This document shows, piece by piece, positions 8,920 to 18,131 of a stretch of DNA of 54,086 nt. The notes beneath the pieces are model-generated. The model saw nothing but the letters and a program-made list of their open reading frames with translations, was not told the origin of the DNA and ran no database searches. Position numbers and translations under genes: made by a program. How positions within the stretch are numbered: the stretch's first letter is position 1; the number at the start of each line of letters is the position of its first letter. Source of the DNA: Ligilactobacillus sp. Lineage in GTDB: Bacteria > Bacillota > Bacilli > Lactobacillales > Lactobacillaceae. The stretch lies in assembly GCF_036846325.1 (NCBI RefSeq), contig NZ_DAIUCE010000003.1:1-54086 (forward strand), written 5' to 3'.

Positions 8920-10314
8920 TTGCTGACAGTTAATGACATTTCATTCAGCTACGTGGATGATCCGCTTTTTTCAAAATGCAGCTTCCGCATAGGAAACGGC
9001 AGGCACGTGGCACTTGTCGGTGACAACGGCACGGGAAAGACCACACTGCTCAGGCTGATTGCCGGAATCTTAAAACCTGATGAAGGAATGGTCAGATATG
9101 ACGGACATGTTGAAATGGTCAGTCAGTTTCCGGCTGACATGGAAGAGGTCAGTCCCGGACAAGGGCAGATGCAGCGGATCAGCCGTGCATTTGCGAAGAG
9201 ACCGGACATCCTGCTGCTCGATGAACCGACGTCAAATCTTGACGTGGAAGGCATCAGGAAGCTGACCGGGATGATTGGGGGCTTTCGGGGAATCGCAGTC
9301 ATCATCAGTCATGACATTGCCTTTCTTGAAAAGGCAGTTGACGGCGTGCTGATGATTGAAAACCGGCACATCGACCTTTATGACGGTGATTTTGAGGAAT
9401 TCCGGCAGATAAGGGAAAGGAACCGGAACAGTCAGTATCAGCTGTACGAGGTTGAGCAAAAGCAGCGGAAAAGGCAGAAGAAAGTGGCGCAGAAGATGAG
9501 GGAGAAGGCCGCAAAGTCCAGGAAGTCCGGCGGTGTTTCCAACTCGGATGCAAGGGCCAGGTCACTTCTCGGGAATTACGACAAGGTTCAGAAAAGACTT
9601 TCGGCCAATGCCAGACGCATGCAGAAAAGTCTGGACGAAGGGCCGAAGAATGCCAAGCCGTATGAAAAGATGGGGCTCAAGCTTCTGACGACATATCAGA
9701 AACCGCAAAAGGTCAGGATAAATCTTGACTTTGACGGACTGTTCGGCCATGGCATCAGGCTGATTGACAATTCGTTCTCGTTTCGGATCAGGTCAGGGGA
9801 AACGGTCGGTCTGCTCGGCAGAAACGGCAGCGGCAAGTCGACTCTGATGGATGAAGTCGAGGAAAGACTTGAGAAAAGATCCTGCAGAGTCAGCCACTTC
9901 AGACAGCAGATTCAAAATGTCTGGGAAGAAGGTGGAAGTCTTCTGTCCCAGCTCATGAAGGCCTCCGGGATGCCGGAACAGGTTGTGCTTGATGTCGCAG
10001 GGGCCATGGGACTTCATGCGGGCCTTCTTTCCCGCACTCCGGACGAACTGAGCGGAGGACAGCTTCTCAAGGCCCAGCTTGTACTTGAACTTGTGTCGCC
10101 GTTTGACGTCCTGCTGCTTGACGAGCCGACGAACTATCTTGACTATGACGGGGTGAAGGCCCTGACTGAATTCATCAGGAACAGCGAAGCGGCAGTCGTT
10201 GTCATTTCCCATGATGAGCGCTTCGTCGAGGGATGCGTTGACCGCACATATCTGATTTCGGACGGAAGATTCAGTGATTACTGTGATGTGGGAGATTATT
10301 TCGGTGGCAAGTGA
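8920..10314 (+). CDS. ABC-F family ATPase with two NBDs and no TM segments; Msr/Vga-like architecture
   Basis: GDNGTGKT and GRNGSGKS Walker A; two LLLDEPT Walker B; long basic interdomain linker; promoter TTGACT-17-TACCAT at 8852-8880. Confidence 0.85.
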   Translation: MLTVNDISFSYVDDPLFSKCSFRIGNGRHVALVGDNGTGKTTLLRLIAGILKPDEGMVRYDGHVEMVSQFPADMEEVSPGQGQMQRISRAFAKRPDILLLDEPTSNLDVEGIRKLTGMIGGFRGIAVIISHDIAFLEKAVDGVLMIENRHIDLYDGDFEEFRQIRERNRNSQYQLYEVEQKQRKRQKKVAQKMREKAAKSRKSGGVSNSDARARSLLGNYDKVQKRLSANARRMQKSLDEGPKNAKPYEKMGLKLLTTYQKPQKVRINLDFDGLFGHGIRLIDNSFSFRIRSGETVGLLGRNGSGKSTLMDEVEERLEKRSCRVSHFRQQIQNVWEEGGSLLSQLMKASGMPEQVVLDVAGAMGLHAGLLSRTPDELSGGQLLKAQLVLELVSPFDVLLLDEPTNYLDYDGVKALTEFIRNSEAAVVVISHDERFVEGCVDRTYLISDGRFSDYCDVGDYFGGK

Positions 10315-10339
10315 GGAAGAAGACAAGGGGGTGGTTGAC

Positions 10340-11542
10340 ATGACTCATTTCAAGCGTATTGTGATGAACGACCTTTTGAGCAATGTGGCCTTGTCTGCAT
10401 TCAACATCTACACAATCTGGTATCTTGCAAACGTCGTTCACAGCCAGGGGGCAGTCGCCCTGTTCGGATGCGCTGGCTTTGTCGAGATAGCCCTGGCATC
10501 GTTTGGCGGCAGGATGTCCGACCGGTTTCCGCGGATAAATCTGATAAGAATCGGCAGCGTGGCAAGGATGGTTGCATTGGCGGTTCTTATCGTGATGCAG
10601 AAGATGTCAGTCAGCTTCACTGCCGTTTCCGTTGCGGTCGGTTGTGTGCTGAGCTTCGTCACTTCATTTTATCTGCCTGCAATCGAGACGATAGCCCCGG
10701 CCTTTTCCGAAGATGACGACGATCTCATAAGAAACAACGCCAGTCTCAACATGGTTCAGCAGCTTGCGACGATTTTAGGTTCAGCGCTTTCCGGCGTGCT
10801 CGTCCTCCTGAAGAGCGCCCTTGTCTCATACGGCATAATCCTGGCCATCATGGGCGCATCATGCGTCATGATGCTCGGAATACCGTCGGACCCGGTCAGT
10901 CGTGAGGAAACCGAAATTGATGAATCCATGCTCGATTCCTTGAGACAGGTCATTCACCTGGAAGTCATCAGGGTCCTTCTGCCGTATGCGACGCTGATCA
11001 ACGTCAGCTTCTGGCTGTACTGGTATCTCACGCCAATGTATCTGGCAAAAAGGCTGCCGGACTTCAAGGCAGCATATTCCATTCAGGAAATGACGATCGG
11101 AATCACAGCCGGAGTGAGCGGATTTCTGTTCAGCCATGTCGTCAGGGATGCTTCAAGGCATCTGCATGGCTACTCGCAGTGGCTCGTCCTGCAGGGAGTC
11201 GGCATTGCCATCTTTCCGTTCGGTGCAGTCTTCGTGACAAATCAGAAGGTTCTTTTGGCCTTGCTTGTGGTTTCGTGGATTGTCTACGGTATTGCAAACT
11301 ACATGACGGGAACGATCTTCGTGACAATTGTTCAGAAGAAGACCGCAGATAAGATGCTTGGCGTTACATACGGAGTAGTCTTTTCGCTGTTCGGGGCAAT
11401 TTCACCGCTGTCGTCGGTCTTCAGCCCTGCATTTTCCAGTATCGGTCCGGTCGGGATGCTTCTTTTGATCCTGCCGATGATTGTCCTGCCGGCGGTCATG
11501 ACGATTGACAGACGGGTCAACGGACTGATGCGCGGAGTGTAG
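10340..11542 (+). CDS. MFS transporter
   Basis: About 12 hydrophobic segments; GGRMSDRFPR motif A; ATG after SD GGGGGTGG. Confidence 0.85.
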   Translation: MTHFKRIVMNDLLSNVALSAFNIYTIWYLANVVHSQGAVALFGCAGFVEIALASFGGRMSDRFPRINLIRIGSVARMVALAVLIVMQKMSVSFTAVSVAVGCVLSFVTSFYLPAIETIAPAFSEDDDDLIRNNASLNMVQQLATILGSALSGVLVLLKSALVSYGIILAIMGASCVMMLGIPSDPVSREETEIDESMLDSLRQVIHLEVIRVLLPYATLINVSFWLYWYLTPMYLAKRLPDFKAAYSIQEMTIGITAGVSGFLFSHVVRDASRHLHGYSQWLVLQGVGIAIFPFGAVFVTNQKVLLALLVVSWIVYGIANYMTGTIFVTIVQKKTADKMLGVTYGVVFSLFGAISPLSSVFSPAFSSIGPVGMLLLILPMIVLPAVMTIDRRVNGLMRGV

Positions 11543-11634
11543 AGTAAAGTCTGTGTGGTTTTGCGGCCTTGTCCGTGACACATCCGGATAAATGAGGAAG
11601 CAGCGCAAGTGATTGCAAAAAACGTTTTCAAATT

Positions 11635-11670
11635 GAAAAACACCCCCGCATCCGATGCGGGGGTGTTTTT
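11635..11670. terminator. Bidirectional terminator
   Basis: aaaaacacccccgcat/atgcgggggtgttttt. Confidence 0.85.
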
Positions 11671-11712
11671 CAGTCTGATTAAGTTCAGGGGACGGGCGTT
11701 CGACTCCACACC

Positions 11713-12024
11713 TTAATCCTCCGCAATATGTTCCTTCACCGCCTGGAAGATGGTCATGACATGGCGGTCGGCCAAATGATACAGGATTCGTTGTCCGTCC
11801 CGCGAACTGGTGACGAGGCCTGTCTGGCGCAGGATTTTGAGCTGATGCGAAACGGCCGACTGAGTCAGTCCGATTGCCTCGACGATTTCAGTGACCGAAA
11901 GAGCCTGCTCGAACAGAAGATACAGGATGCGGTAACGCGTGTCGTTGCCGAACGCCTTGAAAATCTGAACGCATTTTTCGGTTTCCTCTGATGTTGGTAA
12001 TGATGGTTTCTTTTCTTCTGACAT
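11713..12024 (-). CDS. ArsR/SmtB metal-sensing repressor, alpha5-type (CzrA-like)
   Basis: IFKAFGNDTRYRIL, QSAVSHQLKILR; C-terminal DRH...EHIAE metal site. Confidence 0.9.
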   Translation of the reverse strand: MSEEKKPSLPTSEETEKCVQIFKAFGNDTRYRILYLLFEQALSVTEIVEAIGLTQSAVSHQLKILRQTGLVTSSRDGQRILYHLADRHVMTIFQAVKEHIAED

Positions 12025-12148
12025 ATCTTTCACCTACTTTACATTTTACCATGATTGATGTACATATGCTAAGCAAACCTTTGAGCAGATAAATTGCAAT
12101 TGAATTAATAAAAAGTTAAAATCTAGTCAATGTGCAAAGAGGGGGATT

Positions 12149-13873
12149 ATGATGCGAAATTTAATGTCACATGTCGGAAATTATCGCATTCCGGTTTTCG
12201 GTTCGGTAATTTCTTTGATCATTGCGGCGTTTTGCTCGCTGCTTCAGCCGTGGCTGCTTCAGGACACCCTGGACTGCCTGATGAAAAATGATGCTGCGGG
12301 AATAAGAAGATACGGCATCGTTTTGCTGCTTCTGGCGGCAATCGGCGTCGTCTGCGGCATTTTGAACATCTGGTTTGCAGCCAGGACGGCACAGGGTGTT
12401 ACAAGCGACGTCCGCGAACAGCTCTATCGGAAAATCCAGAGCTTTTCATTTTCAAACATCGAAAAATTTTCGGTCGGAACCTTGATCGTTCGCCTGATCA
12501 ACGACATGAATCAGGTGACGAACATCATCATGACGACTCTGATGCAGGTCTTGAGGATGCCGATTGTCCTGATCGGTTCCTTCATCATGGGCATCGTGAC
12601 GCTGCCGCGCTACTGGTGGGTTCAGGTGCTGTTGCTCCTGACAGTCGCACTGGTGCTTTTCTTCGTGTTTCCGTCGCTTGACAGGCTGTTTTCCAAATAT
12701 CAGGTCTGGTTTGACGAGTGCAACACGGTCGCAAGGGAGTCGATGCAGGGCGTCAGGGTCATCAAATCGTTCAATCAGCAAGATCAGGAAACTGAAAAAT
12801 TCACTGACTCGTCAAATGAGCTCAATCAGCTCAACATCAAGATCGGTTACGTTTTTTCGATTCTGATGCCGGCATTCACACTCGTCGTCTGCGTCGGAAC
12901 GGCCCTGATTGTTTATCTGGTCGGCAAGAACATCGGTTTGTACCCGAAGGACATCAGCGCCATCAGCTCTTATGTCGGTTATCTTAACCAGATGCTGTCA
13001 AACCTGGCTTTTGGCGGGATGATGCTTGCGCAGTACTCCCGCGGCCTTGTTTCTCTCAAGCGGATTGATGAAGTGCTTGAAACAAAGCCGGATCTGAATT
13101 TCAACCGTGACGGATCAGACGTTGACCTGGAAGGTTCAGTTGAGTTTGACGACGTCAGCTTCAGGTACCCGGGAAGCAGCAGGGAAACCCTGAGCCACGT
13201 CAGCTTCAAGGCTTCTCCCGGCGAAACGGTCGGAATCGTCGGCAGGACCGGTTCCGGTAAGTCAACACTGGTTTCCCTGCTGGTCAGGCTGTATGATCCG
13301 ACGTCCGGAACGATCCGTCTTGGCGGCTGCAATCTCAGGAACGTCAATGAACGCAAGCTGCGGAAAATGGCAGCCCTGGTTCAGCAGAAGGCATTGCTGT
13401 TCAGCGGAACGATTGCCGACAATCTGAGACAGGGCGACGAGAATGCCACGGAAGAAGACATGGAACGGGCAGTCAGGATTTCTCAGGCAAAGGAATTCAT
13501 CGACAAGTATCCGGATCGGTTCGAACACGTTGTTGAAGAACGCTCGGCCAATTTTTCCGGCGGGCAGCAGCAGCGTCTGTCGATTGCGAGAGGCGTGATC
13601 GGCAGGCCGAAAGTGCTGATTCTGGATGACTCGACTTCAGCGCTTGATGCAGAGTCCGAAAAGAAGGTTCAGGCAGGTCTTGAACAGGAACTGGGTGACA
13701 CCACTGTATTTATCATTGCCGAAAAGATCTTTTCGGTCATGCATGCCGATAAGATTCTCGTAATGGATGACGGAAAAATCAAGGCGATTGGCACGCATGA
13801 AGAGCTGCTTCGGACGTCGCCGCTCTATCAGGAAATTTATGAAACTCAAAGAGCAGCAGAGGGGGGACTTTGA
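12149..13873 (+). CDS. Heterodimeric multidrug ABC exporter, subunit with degenerate Walker B/H-loop
   Basis: TMD + NBD; GRTGSGKS, FSGGQQQR, ILDDSTSALD, IIAEK. Confidence 0.9.
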   Translation: MMRNLMSHVGNYRIPVFGSVISLIIAAFCSLLQPWLLQDTLDCLMKNDAAGIRRYGIVLLLLAAIGVVCGILNIWFAARTAQGVTSDVREQLYRKIQSFSFSNIEKFSVGTLIVRLINDMNQVTNIIMTTLMQVLRMPIVLIGSFIMGIVTLPRYWWVQVLLLLTVALVLFFVFPSLDRLFSKYQVWFDECNTVARESMQGVRVIKSFNQQDQETEKFTDSSNELNQLNIKIGYVFSILMPAFTLVVCVGTALIVYLVGKNIGLYPKDISAISSYVGYLNQMLSNLAFGGMMLAQYSRGLVSLKRIDEVLETKPDLNFNRDGSDVDLEGSVEFDDVSFRYPGSSRETLSHVSFKASPGETVGIVGRTGSGKSTLVSLLVRLYDPTSGTIRLGGCNLRNVNERKLRKMAALVQQKALLFSGTIADNLRQGDENATEEDMERAVRISQAKEFIDKYPDRFEHVVEERSANFSGGQQQRLSIARGVIGRPKVLILDDSTSALDAESEKKVQAGLEQELGDTTVFIIAEKIFSVMHADKILVMDDGKIKAIGTHEELLRTSPLYQEIYETQRAAEGGL

Positions 13874-15633
13874 TGAAGGATTTAAAGCAAAGCGTCGGGT
13901 ATTTCGTCAAGTACATGAAGCCCTTTAAGAATTCAGTGCTAATCATGTTCCTTTTGCTTTTGACTGCAATGATCGCACAGGTCGTTGCACCTTATTACAT
14001 GGGTCAGGCCGTGACTTCGCTCGGGAGATTTTTGGCACACAAGGCGCATGCGACGGCAGATTTTCACCGGTTTCTGCTTTTGATGTGTGCGGCATTTTTC
14101 TTCCAGGTTTTCGCACAGCTTATCGCCTGGGTCATCATGTCCGTTTTCAACGCTGAAGCAACGAATTCGATGAGAATCAGTCTGTTCAAGAAACTGCAGA
14201 AGATGACGATCAGGTATTTTGACACTCACCAGGACGGAAAGCTGCTGGCATTGTTCAATTCTGACATCGACAACATCTTCAATGCGCTTAACGGTGCGAT
14301 TTTTGACCTTGTTTCCCAGACGATTCTGTTTGTCGGAACAATCGTCGTCATGTTTGCAATCAACGTCAAACTGGCGCTCGTGACGATGGCTTCAACGCCA
14401 ATCGTTGTCCTGATTGCGCTCAGCGTGATGAAGAAGGCGCGGAAGTATCTTGACGAGCAGCAGGAAGACATCTCCGTCTTGAACGGCTACATCAACGAGC
14501 AGCTGAACGGGGAACGCATTATTCTGGCCAACGGGCTGCAGAAGGCCTCAATTGCAGGGTTCGTCAAAAGAAACGACAAGCTTCGGAAGACCATGTTCCG
14601 CGGTCAGTTCTATTCCGGGCTGATGTTTCCGATGATGCAGGGATTATCGATGCTGAATCTGGCAATCGTCATCTCGGTCGGAACCCTGATCGTGGTCGAA
14701 AGCGGTATGTCGCTTGCCGTCGGAATGGGTCTGATCGTCACGTTCGTTCAATATTCTCAGACATACTTTATCCCGCTGATCAACCTGACTTCATTTTACT
14801 CGATGATTCAGCTTGCCCTGACGGGGGCCAGACGCCTGTCTGACGTTGAAGCTGAAAAGGAAGAGGACGAAGTTTCATCCGGCATCAAAATGCAGGGAAT
14901 AAACGAAAGCGTGGCATTGAAGGATGTTCACTTCAGCTACGAAAAAGGGAAGGAAATCCTTCACGGCATCAACTTGACGATTCCCCGCGGCAGGACACTG
15001 GCATTGGTCGGTCCGACCGGATCCGGCAAAACGACGACGATGAATCTCTTCAGTCGTTTTTACGACGTCGACAGCGGCTCGGTCGAATTTGACGGAACCG
15101 ACGTGCGAAAGTTCTCGCTTGCTTCCGTCAGAAACCATATCGGAATCGTGCTGCAGGATTCGATTCTGTTTACGGGCACGATTGCCGACAACATCCGGTT
15201 CGGAAAGCCCGATGCAACCATGGATGAAGTCAGATCAGCCGCTCGGAAAGCGCAGATTGCCGATTTCATCGAAAGTCTGCCGGACGGCTACGAGACGAAA
15301 ATCAGCGATGAGCAGGCATTGTTTTCAAAGGGGCAAAAGCAGCTGATGAGCATTGCCCGGACGTTGCTGAGCGATCCCGAATTCCTTGTCCTGGATGAAG
15401 CCACGTCAAACGTTGACACCGTGACGGAAGAAAAGATCCAGAAAGCCATGGACATCGTGATGGAAGGCCGCACGAGCTTCGTGATTGCGCACCGTCTGAA
15501 GACCATCGTCAATGCCGATGAAATTGCCGTTTTGAAGGATGGCAGCGTCATTGAGCAGGGAAGCCATGAGGAACTGCTTGAAAAGGGCGGCTTCTACCAT
15601 AATCTGTATGTGAATCAGATGGTTTTGGACTAG
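13873..15633 (+). CDS. Heterodimeric multidrug ABC exporter, consensus subunit
   Basis: GPTGSGKT, VLDEATSNVD, VIAHRL; TGATG overlap with the upstream gene. Confidence 0.9.
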   Translation: MKDLKQSVGYFVKYMKPFKNSVLIMFLLLLTAMIAQVVAPYYMGQAVTSLGRFLAHKAHATADFHRFLLLMCAAFFFQVFAQLIAWVIMSVFNAEATNSMRISLFKKLQKMTIRYFDTHQDGKLLALFNSDIDNIFNALNGAIFDLVSQTILFVGTIVVMFAINVKLALVTMASTPIVVLIALSVMKKARKYLDEQQEDISVLNGYINEQLNGERIILANGLQKASIAGFVKRNDKLRKTMFRGQFYSGLMFPMMQGLSMLNLAIVISVGTLIVVESGMSLAVGMGLIVTFVQYSQTYFIPLINLTSFYSMIQLALTGARRLSDVEAEKEEDEVSSGIKMQGINESVALKDVHFSYEKGKEILHGINLTIPRGRTLALVGPTGSGKTTTMNLFSRFYDVDSGSVEFDGTDVRKFSLASVRNHIGIVLQDSILFTGTIADNIRFGKPDATMDEVRSAARKAQIADFIESLPDGYETKISDEQALFSKGQKQLMSIARTLLSDPEFLVLDEATSNVDTVTEEKIQKAMDIVMEGRTSFVIAHRLKTIVNADEIAVLKDGSVIEQGSHEELLEKGGFYHNLYVNQMVLD

Positions 15634-15691
15634 GACAAGGTGTGAAGGTGTGGAGCCGAACGTTCAGCCCCCACAACTGAATAATGATTTG

Positions 15692-15722
15692 AAATCCGTG
15701 CCGAATGATGGCGCGGATTTTT
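15692..15722 (+). terminator. Probable terminator of the ABC exporter operon
   Basis: aaatccgtgcc / ggcgcggattt followed by tt. Confidence 0.6.
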
Positions 15723-15807
15723 CGTTACAGGACCCGATTTCTGCCAAATGCAGTGCCTTGACTGAATTTGGCTGCTGTCTGGTCCGCGCGTCAAGGAGGG
15801 ATTACGG

Positions 15808-15970
15808 GATTATGCAAGGTGTGGAGCCGAGCGGTCATGAGCCCGTACACAAGCATGAGGACGACCGAAGGCGAGTGAAACTCGTCCAGGGAGTCACTGC
15901 TTGTGATAGGGTGAATGCGAGGCAGAACCCGATTATGCAAGGTGTGGAGCCGAGCGGTCATGAGCCCGTA
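15808..15970. repeat. Two identical 40-bp direct repeats around an 83-bp structured spacer; partial third copy at 15645-15659
   Basis: gattatgcaaggtgtggagccgagcggtcatgagcccgta at 15808-15847 and 15931-15970. Confidence 0.9.
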
Positions 15971-16038
15971 AATTCCAGTTCCTCCCCCCCGGACACCAGC
16001 GCCGCACTCAACGCTCTGCATTTTATAAAAGAAGCATA

Positions 16039-16097
16039 TTGCCATCAATCTTTTCAAATGCTATAATCTACTTGAAGATATGAACATATGCTCATAA
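16039..16097 (+). promoter_or_regulatory. P1B-ATPase promoter with an ArsR/SmtB-type operator
   Basis: TTGCCA-17-TATAAT (16039-16067); ATATGAACATATGCTCATAA (16078-16097) resembles CzrA/SmtB operators. Confidence 0.75.
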
Positions 16098-16122
16098 ATT
16101 GTTCGGGAAAGAAGGGGCTGAC

Positions 16123-18003
16123 ATGAAGAAGTTTTGGAACGATTGCGGTGAAGAAGGTCAAAAAACGCTGAAAAAGATGGGGCTTACGCTGATTCTGCTG
16201 ATTATGGCAGAATTCCTTCACGGTCCTGCTGCAGTCGCACTGTACGGAGTGGCCTATCTGACAATCGGTCTTGACGTTTTGAAAGAAGCCGTTGAAGGAT
16301 TGAGAGACGGGGAACTGTTCAACGAGAATACGCTGATGGCGATTGCGACGATCGGTGCCTTTGCGATCAGGCAGTATCCGGAAGCAGTCTTTGTAATGTT
16401 CTTTTATAAAATCGGCGAATTGTTCGAAGACATCGCCGTCAGGAATTCGCGTTCCTCAATTACGGCGCTGCTTGACATCAGACCCGACCATGCCTGGCTT
16501 AAGCTGGGAAATGCAGTCAGGGAAACTGCTCCTGAAAAAATCAAGGTCGGCGACGTAATCGTGGTTAAGCCGGGTGAAAAAGTTCCGCTTGACGGAATCG
16601 TGACGGAAGGAAATGCATATTTGGATACGGCTGCCTTGACGGGCGAAACGAAGCCTTTATTCGTCAAGGAAGGCGACAAAGTGCTGAGCGGCACGATCTG
16701 CAAGAACAGCACGTTTGAAGTCAGAGTCGAAAAGGAATACGGCGAATCAACGGTCGCAAGGATTCTTGAGATGGTGGAAAACGCCAGCGAAAAGAAGGCA
16801 CCGGCCGAAAATTTCATTACGCAGTTTTCCAGGATCTATACGCCGCTCGTCGTGCTCGGAGCGGTTCTGCTTGCGACTGTTCCGCCGTTGCTTTTTGGCG
16901 GTGCATTTACCGACTGGCTTTACCGCGCTCTGGTTTTCCTGGTGATTTCATGTCCGTGCGCTTTGGTAATTTCGATTCCCCTGAGCTTTTTCGGCGGAAT
17001 CGGCGCCGCTTCAAGGGCAGGCGTGCTTGTCAAGGGCAGCAACTATCTTGAAGCGCTCACTCATGTCAGAACATTTGTCTTTGACAAGACCGGAACGTTG
17101 ACGAAAGGCAAGTTTGCCGTGACGAAGGTTTTGCCGGACGAAGGAGTTTCAGAAGCAGAGCTGGTATTTCTGGCAGCGTGCTGCGAGCAGTTTTCACCGC
17201 ACCCGATTGCCCGTTCAATCGTTGATTACTATGACGGAGAGCTGAAGAAAGGCGACGTTTCTGACAGCGAGGAACTGGTCGGCCTGGGCGTTAGCGCAAA
17301 GCATGACGGAAAGACGATTTATTGCGGCAACGCCAAACTGATGAAGAAAGTTCTTCCAGAGACAAGGCTGCCGGAATCGGAAATCGGAACCCAGGTTTAC
17401 GTGGCGTATGACGGGAAGTACGTCGGAAGTCTGGAAGTGGCTGACGTCATCAAGGAAGATTCAAGGGAGGCAGTGAACGATCTGCGCGCAGCCGGTGTTC
17501 AGAAAATCGTGATGCTGACCGGCGATGCCCGCAAGGTCGGCGAAGGAGTGGCACGTGAACTGGGGCTGGATGACGTCAAGGCGGAACTTCTGCCGCAGGA
17601 CAAGCTTGAAGAAGTTGAAAAACTGAAGGCAGAGCTTTCCGACCAGGACAAGCTGGCATTCGTCGGCGACGGTTTGAACGATACGCCTGTTCTTGCGCAA
17701 AGCGATGTCGGAATCGCCATGGGAGCGCTTGGTTCCGATGCTGCGGTTGAAGCCGCAGATGTCGTGCTGATGTCAGATGAGCCGTCTGCCATCGTGCGCG
17801 TCATGAAAATTGCGGTCAGAACCAGAAGGATCGTATGGGAAAACATCAGCTTTGCGTTGGGCGTAAAGGCAGTCTGCCTGGTTCTCGGAGCACTCGGAAT
17901 TGCCGGAATGTGGCAGGCCGTCTTTGCGGATGTTGGCGTGACCGTGCTCGCCGTTTTGAACAGTCTGCGCGTTTTGTACGGGCGGGATGGGGCGCATGCA
18001 TGA
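16123..18003 (+). CDS. Heavy-metal (Zn/Cd/Co) translocating P1B-type ATPase, CadA/ZntA-like, without an N-terminal metal-binding domain
   Basis: LTGET, SCPCAL, DKTGTLT, HPIA, GDGLND, FADVG motifs. Confidence 0.92.
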   Translation: MKKFWNDCGEEGQKTLKKMGLTLILLIMAEFLHGPAAVALYGVAYLTIGLDVLKEAVEGLRDGELFNENTLMAIATIGAFAIRQYPEAVFVMFFYKIGELFEDIAVRNSRSSITALLDIRPDHAWLKLGNAVRETAPEKIKVGDVIVVKPGEKVPLDGIVTEGNAYLDTAALTGETKPLFVKEGDKVLSGTICKNSTFEVRVEKEYGESTVARILEMVENASEKKAPAENFITQFSRIYTPLVVLGAVLLATVPPLLFGGAFTDWLYRALVFLVISCPCALVISIPLSFFGGIGAASRAGVLVKGSNYLEALTHVRTFVFDKTGTLTKGKFAVTKVLPDEGVSEAELVFLAACCEQFSPHPIARSIVDYYDGELKKGDVSDSEELVGLGVSAKHDGKTIYCGNAKLMKKVLPETRLPESEIGTQVYVAYDGKYVGSLEVADVIKEDSREAVNDLRAAGVQKIVMLTGDARKVGEGVARELGLDDVKAELLPQDKLEEVEKLKAELSDQDKLAFVGDGLNDTPVLAQSDVGIAMGALGSDAAVEAADVVLMSDEPSAIVRVMKIAVRTRRIVWENISFALGVKAVCLVLGALGIAGMWQAVFADVGVTVLAVLNSLRVLYGRDGAHA

Positions 18004-18085
18004 CCGGCCGTTAAAGTCTCGTTGGAAAATGCAGAGCATTCGGCTTCTTCGCAGATTTCTGATCAGACCATGAGAATAGTTCAAA

Positions 18086-18123
18086 AAAAACAGGACTTCT
18101 CAAACGGAGGTCCTGTTTTTTTA
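18086..18123. terminator. Bidirectional terminator
   Basis: aaaaacaggacttc / gaggtcctgttttt. Confidence 0.75.
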
Positions 18124-18131
18124 CCATTTTG

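Noticed and set aside
15848..15905. Hammerhead ribozyme or group II intron fragment
   Set aside because: GAAAC is present but there is no CUGANGA core, and no domain V signature is visible.
15808..15970. CRISPR array
   Set aside because: Only two full repeats; the 83-bp spacer is too long and self-structured; no cas genes in the window.
15650..16066. 138-aa ORF and the antisense 88-aa ORF
   Set aside because: They run through a terminator, DNA repeats and the ATPase promoter; the peptide repeat only mirrors the DNA repeat.
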